Part shown: positions 1-11,098 of the stretch, piece by piece
How positions within the stretch are numbered: position 1 is the first letter of the stretch
Layout of the letters: each line of letters opens with the position of its first letter
IMG/VR virus record: IMGVR_UViG_3300038679_000357
Coordinates: 128,001-192,000 of that record
Length of the DNA stretch: 64,000 bases
Source of the DNA: a virus
Taxonomy: Duplodnaviria > Caudoviricetes
Direction: 5' to 3' (one strand)
Translations under genes and position numbers: made by a program
The notes under the pieces: model-generated
Databases searched by the model: none
Told to the model about the DNA's origin: nothing
Seen by the model: the letters and a program-made list of their open reading frames with translations, nothing else

Positions 1-2
1 AC

Positions 3-3000
3 TAGCGATAATCCATCTTGATCATATGATATATTAGTGTATGAAGCCCTAAATCTTGAAAAATCAGACACCCTCCTATCAGATACATACTCCCACACTG
101 TTTCTGATGTAGCTGCATTGCGATCAACTTTTACGACAATCGCTTTCCGTCCAGACGAATCGCCAATCAAAACAACATCATCAGAAACTTTACAAACACT
201 ACCGAGAAAATCCATCGCATCAGTTCTACTTCTTGCTAATTCAGCCTCAGAAGTGCTAAATGATACTAAACCATTATGACGGAATTCAACAACAGATGAT
301 CCATCTACAAATGAAGACGCAGAAGCGACATAATAGTTCGGATATGACTTAACTCCAATTTTAGCAACGACAGTATCGTATGATCCATCGCCAACCGATG
401 AGTTATCAAATGAATATCTAGCGTCAATAGGACAATATATATTAGCTGGAATAACTGGAGTGAATTCGATATACGTACGAGATTGGAGATTGCCATATCC
501 GCCGTATGATTTGATCGCATCTTGCGCAACAGATAGTGACGCTGATGTAGAGTTCGGCAAATACATATCAATATGTATCGTGTCTTCCGAAAATTGACCA
601 GCAAGAGGAACGTTTGACGAATTGGTTAAAAACAACTTTATAGTATGCCTTCCTGCTGGGAATACAGATACATACAATGGCGATGTCACGAGATGATCGA
701 TTGGCGTTCCGCCATCAACAGAGTGCCTGACTTTTGCTCCAGCCGGTACGTTAACATACTGTAATCCTACCTCAATAAGTCCAGAAGAAACCTGTTGATT
801 GTCGTATGGATAAATCAGTTTCAAATGCGGACTTACATAGCCGCCAGCATCGACGTAAAAAGACAAACTGGTAGAAACCTGATCTCCCGCAAGAATATTG
901 CCAGACATATCAACTAAAAACGCGGTAACGGTATGAGATCCAGCCGACAAAGAATTGAATGTATAAGACGGCATATCGTAAAATGTTATTGGAATTGAGC
1001 CGTCAATCGAAATAGAAATTCCAACTTCCGTTCCGAACACAGCGTTTACAACAGATAAGTCAACTTGGACGGGAGAAGCCACAGGAACAATAGCGTTGCG
1101 AACTGGATTCGTTATGATAAGATAGGGCATGGTTGACTGAGATGAAGTCGCAAGCGCGACGGCATCTGGCTGCGCGATGTCAAAAAACAGAACATTCGAG
1201 GACTTGAAATATCCATCTGGAAGATCATTTATTCCAGAATGTTCACGATCAATGCCAAAAAGCGATGGCGTGGCGTTATTATATCCAAGTCTCAGCCTTC
1301 TAGCCCCAGCAGAGATAACAAACTTCGATAAATCTATATTTCCTTCCGAATAAACATCTGACAAGTCCTCGTCAAAAAAGACAGACAATCTCATCATTGG
1401 TTCATTATAGTAACAGCCGACAACCTTCATTGATCGCTTTATTTCTTGAGCTTCTGTAGTGGCTGTTTGAACTTCCGATGAAGATACTTCAGTCTGAGGA
1501 AGTGCATACGGATAATCTCCAGTTGGATCATATGAATACATTCCAGACAAGCCCCACGAAACTCGTCCATCCCTAGATAACTCAATGACTCGATCATTTT
1601 CCGAATCAGACACAAGAAACGATCCAGATGGAGAAATATCAACAGACGTCAATTTACCAAACCCAACCCCGCCACTCTTCATTTGTCGATAACTTCTAGG
1701 CGCTAAAGAGCCATAAACCGCCAAAGTCTGAGTAAACGAATCATCCAATTGTCGAATGGAACCATTCGTTCCAAGCACATAATTCCCAATATCAGATACA
1801 TTCGCCACGGTTATTCCACCAGGAACCGTAGAGGAGTCTATGTTATGTAGTGTCCCAGATCTCCATGAGTCCTCAGTGGAGAATGAAAAGCCGAAATCAT
1901 CTCCATAAAACACACAATCAAGCATGAGGGACATCATTTGTGGAGACCAACGACGATCTGAAGATGCCTCGAAAAGAGCCTCTATTTGAATATATTTATA
2001 TTGATTTCCTGGGATCGGTAAATCAATTGCCGACCCACTCGTGGTCATATAAGAAGACCATGTCGCATACGGCAAATCAGCCATTTCATTGGCTACTCTG
2101 GTTCTGGCGCGAATTGCCGTACCAACCGGAATAGATGCATTCCACCGCAAATATGAATATAGGTTTTGCGTTCCATTGCCGTATGTAAACAAAGCAGAAC
2201 CATTTGGCTTAAAGAAGTTACCAGACGTCACAAACATCTCATCAACATTCAATGAAAATGGAATATCAGTATTCCATCCAGCACTGGTCGAAACATAGAA
2301 ACCAACGAAATTAACCTTTGTTCTGGTATACTGAGAAATATCAACCGTGACAGTCATCCAACCATAAGACCCGGATTCATCGTACGTCAGCATGTTGCGG
2401 TCTATCACGACTCGATTTGACGATTGGCTTCCCGCTGTGGCATCAGAAAGATAGAAGTAAATATCACCATGTTCAGCCGTTTCGCACAACACGGAAAACA
2501 CCAAACTGTCATATCCAGACCAGTCTTGCGGATCAAATGTTTTCGAAAGCTGTAATATGTTATCCGAATCATCACGACCAACATCCAATCTGCCACTACC
2601 GTCACCACGTGACGGATCGAAATAAAATGAGGCAGATACATCTCCACTGTCAAAAACTTTTGTCTCCCAATCCCCCACATTATTGAAGTCTTCGACATAA
2701 ACCTTCGACTCAACCGCCCCAAGCATTATGGAATTTCCGTATAAAACTGTGTTGGATAATGAAGCAAGAGAAAATTCATCCCTTGAATCCCACGACTTCG
2801 TATAAGTGGTTGTTGCTGGAGCAGGTGTTCCAGTTATTGTATGCGTTCCTCCCTCAGAGGAAGGGCGATAATCAACGATCGCCGTTGTATTTACGGCATC
2901 AACCATGTCATCTGGACTTATTCCTGGAATATAGGCAAATTCATTGACGAGATAGTCGTCTATGCCAGGAATGGCGTGTTTGAGGGATAAGACCAACCTA

Positions 3001-3755
3001 AGTAGGTTTACGGTGGAAATTTCTCCCATCAACCTTGAACCAACGTTATCTAGCAACTGGACAAACGTATCAAGTTGAGCGTGGGTCAAAATTCCATTGT
3101 TCTCAAGATCCTCAATATGGTCAAGTTTTGGTATGCGCTCCTGATCGATAACGCCACGTAAGATCAGCGACGCATCAAGATCAGCCATATTTCCAGGACC
3201 AAGAAACCCCTGAACGTCAGTCACGAGATTTATTTTCGATGGGCTATCGCTTCCACCAATATGACGATGATCCTTAACGATCTCTATTAACGCCTCACGA
3301 AAACCAAGAGACTTCCTTCCGGACATGTCAATCGAATCAATCGCAGTTGCGCTTCCCTCTGGGTTTGTCGTAACTGACCCAAGATACAAGAGCGTATCAT
3401 CGTTCGGTATGGTTGTTGTAACAACAAATCTCGTATACCCACTGTAATAGGTATCTACATCCGTCCCGGCGTAGACCATATTCACTGAATCATAATCGAG
3501 AGAAAGAGTGACATCCTCGACGGTTTCTGCTGCAATATAATTGATATGTCCAGAACCGATAGTAATCGTTACCGTAGCAGAAGTCGGATCATTCGATATA
3601 AGTTGCCAACCATCAACAATACCATTACCCATCACCTGGAATAAACCAAGTATCTGCCTATCAAGAGTCAACCAACGCTCACGTTCCACGACAGGAACGT
3701 TAGTTTTATCTCCAGCCTCAAGATACCCAAGCTTATATTTAGGTGTTTCTATCAC
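3..3755 (-). CDS. Large tail-tip / receptor-binding virion protein (>1250 aa, 3' end outside the window; absent from the ORF track)
   Basis: GTG start at 3755 (MIETPKYKLGYLEAGDKTNVPVVERERW...) just after the stop of the 71-aa ORF. The frame was translated by hand at several points (3755-2760, 1500-1380, 1080-900, 660-600, 300-3) with no stop found. Two Ig-like segments (FNSLSAGSHTVTAFLVD, PAGRHTIKLFLTN) and a propeller-like VVLIGDSSGRKAIVV. Lies downstream of the hub gene. Confidence 0.75.
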   Translation of the reverse strand, partial: MIETPKYKLGYLEAGDKTNVPVVERERWLTLDRQILGLFQVMGNGIVDGWQLISNDPTSATVTITIGSGHINYIAAETVEDVTLSLDYDSVNMVYAGTDVDTYYSGYTRFVVTTTIPNDDTLLYLGSVTTNPEGSATAIDSIDMSGRKSLGFREALIEIVKDHRHIGGSDSPSKINLVTDVQGFLGPGNMADLDASLILRGVIDQERIPKLDHIEDLENNGILTHAQLDTFVQLLDNVGSRLMGEISTVNLLRLVLSLKHAIPGIDDYLVNEFAYIPGISPDDMVDAVNTTAIVDYRPSSEGGTHTITGTPAPATTTYTKSWDSRDEFSLASLSNTVLYGNSIMLGAVESKVYVEDFNNVGDWETKVFDSGDVSASFYFDPSRGDGSGRLDVGRDDSDNILQLSKTFDPQDWSGYDSLVFSVLCETAEHGDIYFYLSDATAGSQSSNRVVIDRNMLTYDESGSYGWMTVTVDISQYTRTKVNFVGFYVSTSAGWNTDIPFSLNVDEMFVTSGNFFKPNGSALFTYGNGTQNLYSYLRWNASIPVGTAIRARTRVANEMADLPYATWSSYMTTSGSAIDLPIPGNQYKYIQIEALFEASSDRRWSPQMMSLMLDCVFYGDDFGFSFSTEDSWRSGTLHNIDSSTVPGGITVANVSDIGNYVLGTNGSIRQLDDSFTQTLAVYGSLAPRSYRQMKSGGVGFGKLTSVDISPSGSFLVSDSENDRVIELSRDGRVSWGLSGMYSYDPTGDYPYALPQTEVSSSEVQTATTEAQEIKRSMKVVGCYYNEPMMRLSVFFDEDLSDVYSEGNIDLSKFVISAGARRLRLGYNNATPSLFGIDREHSGINDLPDGYFKSSNVLFFDIAQPDAVALATSSQSTMPYLIITNPVRNAIVPVASPVQVDLSVVNAVFGTEVGISISIDGSIPITFYDMPSYTFNSLSAGSHTVTAFLVDMSGNILAGDQVSTSLSFYVDAGGYVSPHLKLIYPYDNQQVSSGLIEVGLQYVNVPAGAKVRHSVDGGTPIDHLVTSPLYVSVFPAGRHTIKLFLTNSSNVPLAGQFSEDTIHIDMYLPNSTSASLSVAQDAIKSYGGYGNLQSRTYIEFTPVIPANIYCPIDARYSFDNSSVGDGSYDTVVAKIGVKSYPNYYVASASSFVDGSSVVEFRHNGLVSFSTSEAELARSRTDAMDFLGSVCKVSDDVVLIGDSSGRKAIVVKVDRNAATSETVWEYVSDRRVSDFSRFRASYTNISYDQDGLSL

Positions 3756-3769
3756 TTTTCACGTCCTAA

Positions 3770-3985
3770 TTATTCTGATACGATATGATCGCCTTCCCAA
3801 CTTGAGAAACCAACCATAAAATACTGGCGACCGTCGCCTACTTGTTGAATATCGACGTTCAATGAATCTGCCGCTGGAGTATTGACTTCAGAAAACCTAT
3901 TTACTTTATACGATATGGCGTCTCCAACCGACGGAAAATTCTTTTCCACGATTCGTTTGATTACATTTTCGATATTATACGCCAT
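3770..3985 (-). CDS. Small hypothetical tail-region protein (71 aa)
   Basis: Fills the gap between two large tail genes; GGAGG Shine-Dalgarno upstream of ATG. Confidence 0.6.
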   Translation of the reverse strand: MAYNIENVIKRIVEKNFPSVGDAISYKVNRFSEVNTPAADSLNVDIQQVGDGRQYFMVGFSSWEGDHIVSE

Positions 3986-4005
3986 AATCCATCCTCCATT
4001 AAACG

Positions 4006-7000
4006 TTATTCAGTATCCGGATCTGGATCGACTGGTTTTTCTGACGGAATATCAGCCGTTGGCGAGAAACTGTCAGAAGGCTGAGTTACCTGATACGCTC
4101 CAATCGACGTCTTCCATGTATTTCCAGAAGATTCGTAGTTGTGAGAATACTTCGTTACCCTGAATTTTTTCTTGAAAAAATCAATCTCACTCTCATCACC
4201 CTCATTTTTCTTCAATGAAATAAATTGTCCTGGACGGAATACTGGATTGTGTCCAACTGTATTAAATTCCACCTCAAATCCTGGTCTTCCATGCATCTGT
4301 TGCATCATGTTTACAAACCTATTTCCAGCAACCTCGTTACCAAGATCAGTTCTATCATACCTAACTTCTTTAATGAACCCCAAATAACCTACCGAATCAG
4401 GTTCAGTTAAACTTTCCTTAATTGACCTAGATATTATAAGAGGTGCCCCTGTACCTCGATCAATCGTACGGACAAAAATTGAGTTGAATACACTCGAACT
4501 CAATGTAGAAACCATTTCCAATCCATCAAGCATCAACCTGTGCGGAGCAGAAGTTTGATTGATACTCATGTAATATGTCTCTTTCACATTTGGGTCCCAC
4601 GCTGGATGCACGTAGTTAAACAAAAATCCTCCCGGAATTGGAACCATATGAAGTTTACCCTGCATATCAAAATAAAGATACAACTCAAACCCCTTCATTG
4701 CATTTACGATGCAATCCTTAATAGGCGTTTCAGAAGAAAACCTAAACATTGGTTTATCATAAGCCAATCCTTGTCCAAGGAAATAATATAATGGTCCCCC
4801 CTTCTTTCCCTGAGTCTTATCGACGTCATCCACTGATGATATTCCGGCTCGACCACATAAATCATCAACAGCAGTAAAAATATGCCGTCCGTCATAATAA
4901 GGAGAATTCATTATCGGAATCCCCTCAAGAACTTTCCAATGATCTGCACACTCAAATGTTATATACTCTTCTCCTGGAGCATAGCTACCATTACGACCAA
5001 AAGCGATGCCGGTAAAAACGATATCGCTATCTTCAAACGTAACAGATTCATCCTTACTCCACTTTAACCAGACCTTTATCCCTCTTGCTTTGGATAGATA
5101 ATCACTATATTTTCCACTGCTATTGAATAACCTTAACGATCCAGTAGATTCAATCATGATTGGTTTTGGGCTATCCAACTGCCTAGACGCAGAAAAAGAT
5201 ATAATATCATTACTAACGTCTACAAAATCGTCGGATTGAACTACCGTTGAGGTGGTGTCCTGCGGTTTGTTCGCTGAAATATTATACAGGATAGGAAATC
5301 CAGCATCACCACGCACAGAGGATGCCGCCTCTCCTTGGACCTCATTACCCGAAGGAGTATATGTTTTTGAACTCAGTTCATCCGCCTCAAAGTAAACAAA
5401 CCAAAACGGCTCATTTTTATGCATACCGACTTTTTTCTTTGACCTAACCATGTGTATTCTACCCCATGGATTAATCATTCCGGTATTGTAGTTAGATTCA
5501 GTCATCTCTCGTTTCGTTGAATCCTGACGAGCTTTAGCTTTATCTTCCGATTCAGTCATATCTACTTCCATATACTCACGGAAAATAGCCCCATACATTC
5601 TACTTGCCTTCCCATTCCCCTTTGCAGATTTCTGATCGTCATTTGGAACAACCATTGAAACCATCGTACCATCTGCACAATCTCCAGCACGAATTCCAGA
5701 ATTTTTGTCATCTGTGAGAGGGTATTTATGCCCTTCATACCCAGTGTTTCCCATTTCGGGAAGGGTCATCCATCCTCTTTTCTTAAAGGTCATATGGCAC
5801 GACAACACCGAAGACTTACATCCATATCCATACACCGACAATCTAGGCGTCTTTAAATTGAATGGAATCATGGTGTCTTTGCTGCCAGTAATAGTAATGG
5901 AATGATACTTGTCTGGTCCGCTATAAATGCACAATCTCCCCATAACACTCATGAAACCAACCTTAATTTCTCCACCGCTAACAAAATTTTCAACCAGCCA
6001 TGGCGCATTTATGTCAATTTGCTGGTATACACTTTGTGCTTCACTTCCCTTTGATTTATCTGATTCCTTGCCAGACTTTCCAGATCCTGCAGCCTGTGTC
6101 TGCGCACCACTAGTTCTTCCTCCAGAAGATCTCTTACTATCCTTTTTTGATGCATCAGCGTTACGAGCCCGATACTCATAATTGACAAAAGTTCTTCCAG
6201 TATTTTCTATAACCAATTCAACAAACCCGATAGAATCACCAGAAGTTGTTCCACTTCCATTGTCTCCTTCAGATTCTGAAATCACAATAGATAAAAGGGA
6301 AACCGCCTTACTGTCTTTTGGAATATTTATCGCATCAGGACGAATGACAACCCAAAAAGGATGCCCCTTGTCCTTAAACGGCGAAACCGTCTCGATCCCC
6401 CACCACACTCCAGCCTCAGCTTCTACCTGTCGAACAAACGACGAATTGTATGTTTGAACGATATCTTTTGTGTCATTTTCTTCCTCTTTACTATCCTCAG
6501 CTTTTTCACTATCATCTGGCTGAGATTGAGCTTGATCATTTTCGCTTGGCTTCTCTGCTACGGCATCTTCCCTATCCTCGTCAATATACCCAGTGCCTCT
6601 ATACGTGATTGGCTGCGCGTCATAATCCTTATCGGAATACCTTTCTGGAGACACACTTTCAAACTGACTTATCCATTTCTGTCTATTTCTGCGCAATACC
6701 GCATCATCCATATTCTTCAAATATGTTTTCATGTATACTGACTTTACCGAATCAAACGGGTTGACGCCATTGCTCGCAGCAGTCGAAGATGTAGAACCAC
6801 TTGAATTGGCTGATGCTTCAGGAGTTGCCGTTGGTGTCGTTGGTGTCGTTGTCGTCGTTGTCGTCGTTGTCGTTGATTCTTGATTTCCGACCTGTTTCCA
6901 GTAAACATCAGTATAATTCGTATTTGACGCATTGTTTCTATCAAGCATAAAATTATCAATAGGCTCAAATATCGGCTGAGGAATGACACACCCGCTCAAA

Positions 7001-7188
7001 ACATCACCATTCTTAGAATAAGCCATGAGAGCGGTAGTATTATACGAAATTGAGTTATTACTTCCGTCATTTATGGTAACTGCCCAGGTGAAATTTTTTC
7101 TTAGCTTTGCGGTATCCTTGATGACGCCAGGAATATCATTGTAGAGACGTGCCCTGATATGCGCTTTTCCGAGATCAACATACGACAT
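4006..7188 (-). CDS. Baseplate hub / tail-tip protein (Tal/gp27-like C-terminal half) with Thr/Ser-rich and acidic linkers
   Basis: The C-terminal half has the hub pattern (VDVSNDIISFSASR...GSLRLFN...VFTG...ITFECAD...LYLYFDMQGKLHM...EFNTVGHNPVFRPGQFI...FRVTKYSHNY...WKTSI). Position is two genes after the tape measure. Confidence 0.7.
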   Translation of the reverse strand: MSYVDLGKAHIRARLYNDIPGVIKDTAKLRKNFTWAVTINDGSNNSISYNTTALMAYSKNGDVLSGCVIPQPIFEPIDNFMLDRNNASNTNYTDVYWKQVGNQESTTTTTTTTTTPTTPTATPEASANSSGSTSSTAASNGVNPFDSVKSVYMKTYLKNMDDAVLRRNRQKWISQFESVSPERYSDKDYDAQPITYRGTGYIDEDREDAVAEKPSENDQAQSQPDDSEKAEDSKEEENDTKDIVQTYNSSFVRQVEAEAGVWWGIETVSPFKDKGHPFWVVIRPDAINIPKDSKAVSLLSIVISESEGDNGSGTTSGDSIGFVELVIENTGRTFVNYEYRARNADASKKDSKRSSGGRTSGAQTQAAGSGKSGKESDKSKGSEAQSVYQQIDINAPWLVENFVSGGEIKVGFMSVMGRLCIYSGPDKYHSITITGSKDTMIPFNLKTPRLSVYGYGCKSSVLSCHMTFKKRGWMTLPEMGNTGYEGHKYPLTDDKNSGIRAGDCADGTMVSMVVPNDDQKSAKGNGKASRMYGAIFREYMEVDMTESEDKAKARQDSTKREMTESNYNTGMINPWGRIHMVRSKKKVGMHKNEPFWFVYFEADELSSKTYTPSGNEVQGEAASSVRGDAGFPILYNISANKPQDTTSTVVQSDDFVDVSNDIISFSASRQLDSPKPIMIESTGSLRLFNSSGKYSDYLSKARGIKVWLKWSKDESVTFEDSDIVFTGIAFGRNGSYAPGEEYITFECADHWKVLEGIPIMNSPYYDGRHIFTAVDDLCGRAGISSVDDVDKTQGKKGGPLYYFLGQGLAYDKPMFRFSSETPIKDCIVNAMKGFELYLYFDMQGKLHMVPIPGGFLFNYVHPAWDPNVKETYYMSINQTSAPHRLMLDGLEMVSTLSSSVFNSIFVRTIDRGTGAPLIISRSIKESLTEPDSVGYLGFIKEVRYDRTDLGNEVAGNRFVNMMQQMHGRPGFEVEFNTVGHNPVFRPGQFISLKKNEGDESEIDFFKKKFRVTKYSHNYESSGNTWKTSIGAYQVTQPSDSFSPTADIPSEKPVDPDPDTE
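6829..6875 (-). repeat. Short tandem repeat encoding a poly-Thr/Pro tract (STTTTTTTTTTPTTPTAT)
   Basis: Plus strand has gttggtgtc x2 followed by gttgtcgtc-type 9-mers. Confidence 0.85.
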
Positions 7189-7195
7189 ACGTCAC

Positions 7196-10100
7196 CTAAA
7201 AATTTACTGGAGAAAGATTCCAGTCAACGCCCTCAGTGGTTGAAGTAGCGGCGTTAACCAATCCCTTGTTATCGAAGAACACGACCCTCATCAACCCAGA
7301 CTTGCCAATCTGAAAAGAAACTTGTTGATCGAAGGTATCGGTTATCTTCACATCAAACGTATTATTTAATTCGACCTGTAATTCCTCTCTTAATTTACGT
7401 GCAGCCGCGCTTGGATCAGTTGAGCTGACGACATTAGAATTGTACCTTGAGTGGAACTTTACGAGAGAGGGAATGGAAATTTTTTTCATTCTCAACTCAA
7501 TTTTGTCTTTAATGTAACACATCAAAAGCCAATCCCCCCAAACAACAAGAGACGGAGAAGAGCTGACATAATTTGAAGGAGTCAGCGAAATATCATTGTA
7601 GAACGACCAAGAAGATCCATCAGATGACGATAACGCCCACGCCAAGACAGTCCCCGTCCTGAAAACGATGAATTTATACTTACCGGATGAAGCTATAGAA
7701 AGAGGATGGACCGATAATCCCTCCACTACAACAAACGGATCTACCCCTTCTATAGCTCCATCTCCAATTACAATATTTCTCGAAAGTGAAACACTACTCG
7801 ACAAAAGAACAGGCGTTCCTTTAGAATAGAAAGCATACACTGGTCGACCAAATGAATTAATCATATTTACTTGGCTATGTACAATCGCCAAAATCCCATC
7901 GCCAGATTCATTCTCAACGACAGAATATCCAACAACATCTATGTCCTTTCCACACTTCGAAAATGCACACTGGTTTATGTTTGGTACGGCGAGAAATGGA
8001 TAGCGCCACATGGTTGTCTTATCCAACACATCGCCAGTTCCTCTTCGGAAAAAATAACCAGAAGAAAATGAACCGAACGAGTCGGTTGAATTCAATATAA
8101 AAGCACCATTCTGTTCAATATCGGCATATCCTACAGGGGGAAGAATATTCTCTGACTCTCGCTTGCTCTCTGTTCCGGGAACTATTCTTACCTCGTCTAT
8201 CATAGAGCTATCCGATGGAAGATATGAAATAACTGGTTGCTCAACACATATTACCGCCTTCCCGTTTACTGGGAAAACATGCCTAGAAAAAGCATTTCGA
8301 ACAACTTTTTCGGAAGGAACAGTTTTTACAATGGCAGAGGCAAATTTGGAGTTTTCCCTATCCATATTAAGAACGGGAACAAATCTATACCTCGATCCAT
8401 CTCCAGCCAATGGATCGTCACTGGAATTATTCCCAGCTATCCTATACTCTACTTCCCTTCCTCCAGAAAAGTATTCAGCATTTGAATAAAACGGGATATC
8501 TTCAACTCCAGAAACTGTATTTTTTCCAGCCGCCCTGGTAAATATAGTGTTTTCCTTTCCAGAGGTTGACTCTATTCCGAGTAAGCGGTCAGATTGATAC
8601 ATCCTCCATAGAGTATTGCGATACTCCCCCTTATCATCAACTGGATGACGATCTGGCATGGCTTTACGAACAACAATGGAAACCACATCCTTATTATTGA
8701 TCGACAAAGGGGGAACTGATATGGTTTGAGTTGTTGACCCATCGCCGGAAACTGTAGCTACGACATCTGTGGTACCAGCGTCATGATGAATGAGAAACTC
8801 ATTCATGTCGTTCAAGAATCCTAAACGCCCCTTTCTTATGAACATCGCCTTCGATGCATCATCGTACCTTTCATACAAAATATATTCTGCTTCGTCCAGA
8901 TCATCATTCATGTATGCGACATAACGATACGCCTTAGCTGTAGAAACTTTGATCAGCGAAAAATCGACACCAGATATATTAGGGAACAACACTGGATTGT
9001 CTTCAATTAACCGAATTGAAGCGTTTCTCGGTACCGACATACTCAATGGAGAGCCTACATAAATTCCATCAAACATAATTTTTGCGTTTGTTCCAATATC
9101 CGTCAAAAACGCATTCAACCCGAGAAACGGAGTGGCAATGTAATTGAATGGACTCCTACATGGATGAAGATCATCAAAACTGATCCACCAGTTTCCGCCA
9201 TATTCATCGACGCTCGGCTCTTCGATCGCCTCAACATCCAGAGATATATAAAGATATCCACTATCAGAAGAGTCGATTCCATCTCTATTTTCAGTAATCC
9301 CAATGATACTAAAAGACTTCGTTGATTCATTTCCTTGTCGATTGAATCTCCACCCATTATATTTTTTCCATCCACGCACAACAGTAGATGATGCATCAGT
9401 GGGAAGGTCATTAAGAAATCTTTCCCTGAGATAGTCAAGCGTATAGTAATTTCGATCCGTAAACTTACACTTTAACACAACTCTAAGTGGAATCTTATCG
9501 TCCTCAGATATCTTTCCAGTGTCATCAATCCTTTTTGCATATGCACTTTCAACCTGTACATCAAACAGACCGCGATCAAGAGAGGTATTCGTAGGAGCTG
9601 AAATTCCTGACTTATTGGTACATATATCAGATATTTTCCACAACTTCCCGGACAATATCCTGAACGACCCGTCAACCGACAACGAATCATATAAACTATC
9701 CATACTCGACGCAGACTCAGTAGAAAGCGTAAACACCCCAGAACGCTCATGAGCCACAACCTTGTAGGCAGAAAATTCAAGTTGACCAGTTTTTGTGAAA
9801 AGAACGTGATTCCCAACCTGCGTCCCCTGACCAAAATTATGACGGGAAAGTGTGGTTGACGTTATCTCAAGGCTAATGGACACATTCGATGCTCCAAGCT
9901 CTTTCATTACCCTCAAAACAACATCCGAAACTACAATTTCGACCCCATCAACCGATACGGACGCCCCCTTTACAGCAATGCTTTTACCGTCATATACTGG
10001 CTCATTCGTTAGAACCGCTTTTGCCTCAGACTTATACTTCGCCGCCTTGCCATTTGATTCAGCAACAACTTGCGTATCTTTCGATGAAGATGCCTTTTCC

Positions 10101-11098
10101 TCCTCAACTTTTGCCTGCGCCTCAAGATAAGATGAAATCAAGGCTGCATCGTAATATACGGAAGTCCACGAGGATGAGGTGGCTTCTATCGCCTGCTCCC
10201 TTGTGGTGTACCCAAAATTAGACGATACAATATATTCTCTACCAAAAATTGTCTCTGTATATGCAGTTTTAGGGTCTTCCATCTGTAACGGTCTATCAAG
10301 GATGAAAAATGAACCAGCCAAATCTGGGAATAAACCTGACTCCACCTCAGACTTGAATTCAGAAACGTCGGCAATAATTCCAACATCAGATGAGATTGAC
10401 TTTACAGGAAACACCCTGTTATTAACTACTGGTTTGCCAGTTGAAGCATCTGTAGACTTCCAATAACACTTAATATTGAGCGTACCAATATCGGACGCCC
10501 CCATCGTAGAATTTTGGTCAAGCAATGGATTGATCTTGACGGTCAGTGATGAAATACTCACAACAGACGAAGAAACAGTTCCATACTGAAGAACAAATCT
10601 CTTGAAAGAACACTGATGACGATGTTCGAGAAATGGTATGAATGACACAATATTTGTCACAAATACAGAACCGGTTGACATGACAAATGCCAAAAGCATT
10701 AGATCAAATCCATAATGCACGGATTCTTTATATATGTCATTCAACTGGTAATGGAACGTAGCGGGGCGAAATGACGAATATCCAGAAGCAGTATTTGATG
10801 TCGTCAGTAGGTATTGACCGGTTGACAGCCAATTCCAATATCTCCCGCGCATATCGAGAATGGTCGTGTAATTATATCCAACAAGCAAAGCGCTCGGTAG
10901 CGGAATGACTGGACCAATCCACGCACCGACAGGATATTCTCCCGATAGGATATCCAACCTTGTTGCTATTGATTCTGATGGAACGTTTGTCTCAGATATA
11001 GCATAATCCTTGGACAAATTTCTCTCGTATGTCGTGGGAGTCCAGGTTCCCATCCCAGGATAGGTCGGATAGTTATCATATTGTCCTAGTTCAGCCAT
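7196..11098 (-). CDS. Large minor tail / distal tail protein (about 1300 aa) with C-terminal Asp-box-like motifs
   Basis: Directly follows the tape measure, with ATGGCTGA overlap giving the likely start MAELGQ at 11098. Beta-rich; SSSDGSSW and STTEGVDW resemble BNR/Asp-box motifs. Confidence 0.6.
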   Translation of the reverse strand: MAELGQYDNYPTYPGMGTWTPTTYERNLSKDYAISETNVPSESIATRLDILSGEYPVGAWIGPVIPLPSALLVGYNYTTILDMRGRYWNWLSTGQYLLTTSNTASGYSSFRPATFHYQLNDIYKESVHYGFDLMLLAFVMSTGSVFVTNIVSFIPFLEHRHQCSFKRFVLQYGTVSSSVVSISSLTVKINPLLDQNSTMGASDIGTLNIKCYWKSTDASTGKPVVNNRVFPVKSISSDVGIIADVSEFKSEVESGLFPDLAGSFFILDRPLQMEDPKTAYTETIFGREYIVSSNFGYTTREQAIEATSSSWTSVYYDAALISSYLEAQAKVEEEKASSSKDTQVVAESNGKAAKYKSEAKAVLTNEPVYDGKSIAVKGASVSVDGVEIVVSDVVLRVMKELGASNVSISLEITSTTLSRHNFGQGTQVGNHVLFTKTGQLEFSAYKVVAHERSGVFTLSTESASSMDSLYDSLSVDGSFRILSGKLWKISDICTNKSGISAPTNTSLDRGLFDVQVESAYAKRIDDTGKISEDDKIPLRVVLKCKFTDRNYYTLDYLRERFLNDLPTDASSTVVRGWKKYNGWRFNRQGNESTKSFSIIGITENRDGIDSSDSGYLYISLDVEAIEEPSVDEYGGNWWISFDDLHPCRSPFNYIATPFLGLNAFLTDIGTNAKIMFDGIYVGSPLSMSVPRNASIRLIEDNPVLFPNISGVDFSLIKVSTAKAYRYVAYMNDDLDEAEYILYERYDDASKAMFIRKGRLGFLNDMNEFLIHHDAGTTDVVATVSGDGSTTQTISVPPLSINNKDVVSIVVRKAMPDRHPVDDKGEYRNTLWRMYQSDRLLGIESTSGKENTIFTRAAGKNTVSGVEDIPFYSNAEYFSGGREVEYRIAGNNSSDDPLAGDGSRYRFVPVLNMDRENSKFASAIVKTVPSEKVVRNAFSRHVFPVNGKAVICVEQPVISYLPSDSSMIDEVRIVPGTESKRESENILPPVGYADIEQNGAFILNSTDSFGSFSSGYFFRRGTGDVLDKTTMWRYPFLAVPNINQCAFSKCGKDIDVVGYSVVENESGDGILAIVHSQVNMINSFGRPVYAFYSKGTPVLLSSSVSLSRNIVIGDGAIEGVDPFVVVEGLSVHPLSIASSGKYKFIVFRTGTVLAWALSSSDGSSWSFYNDISLTPSNYVSSSPSLVVWGDWLLMCYIKDKIELRMKKISIPSLVKFHSRYNSNVVSSTDPSAAARKLREELQVELNNTFDVKITDTFDQQVSFQIGKSGLMRVVFFDNKGLVNAATSTTEGVDWNLSPVNF

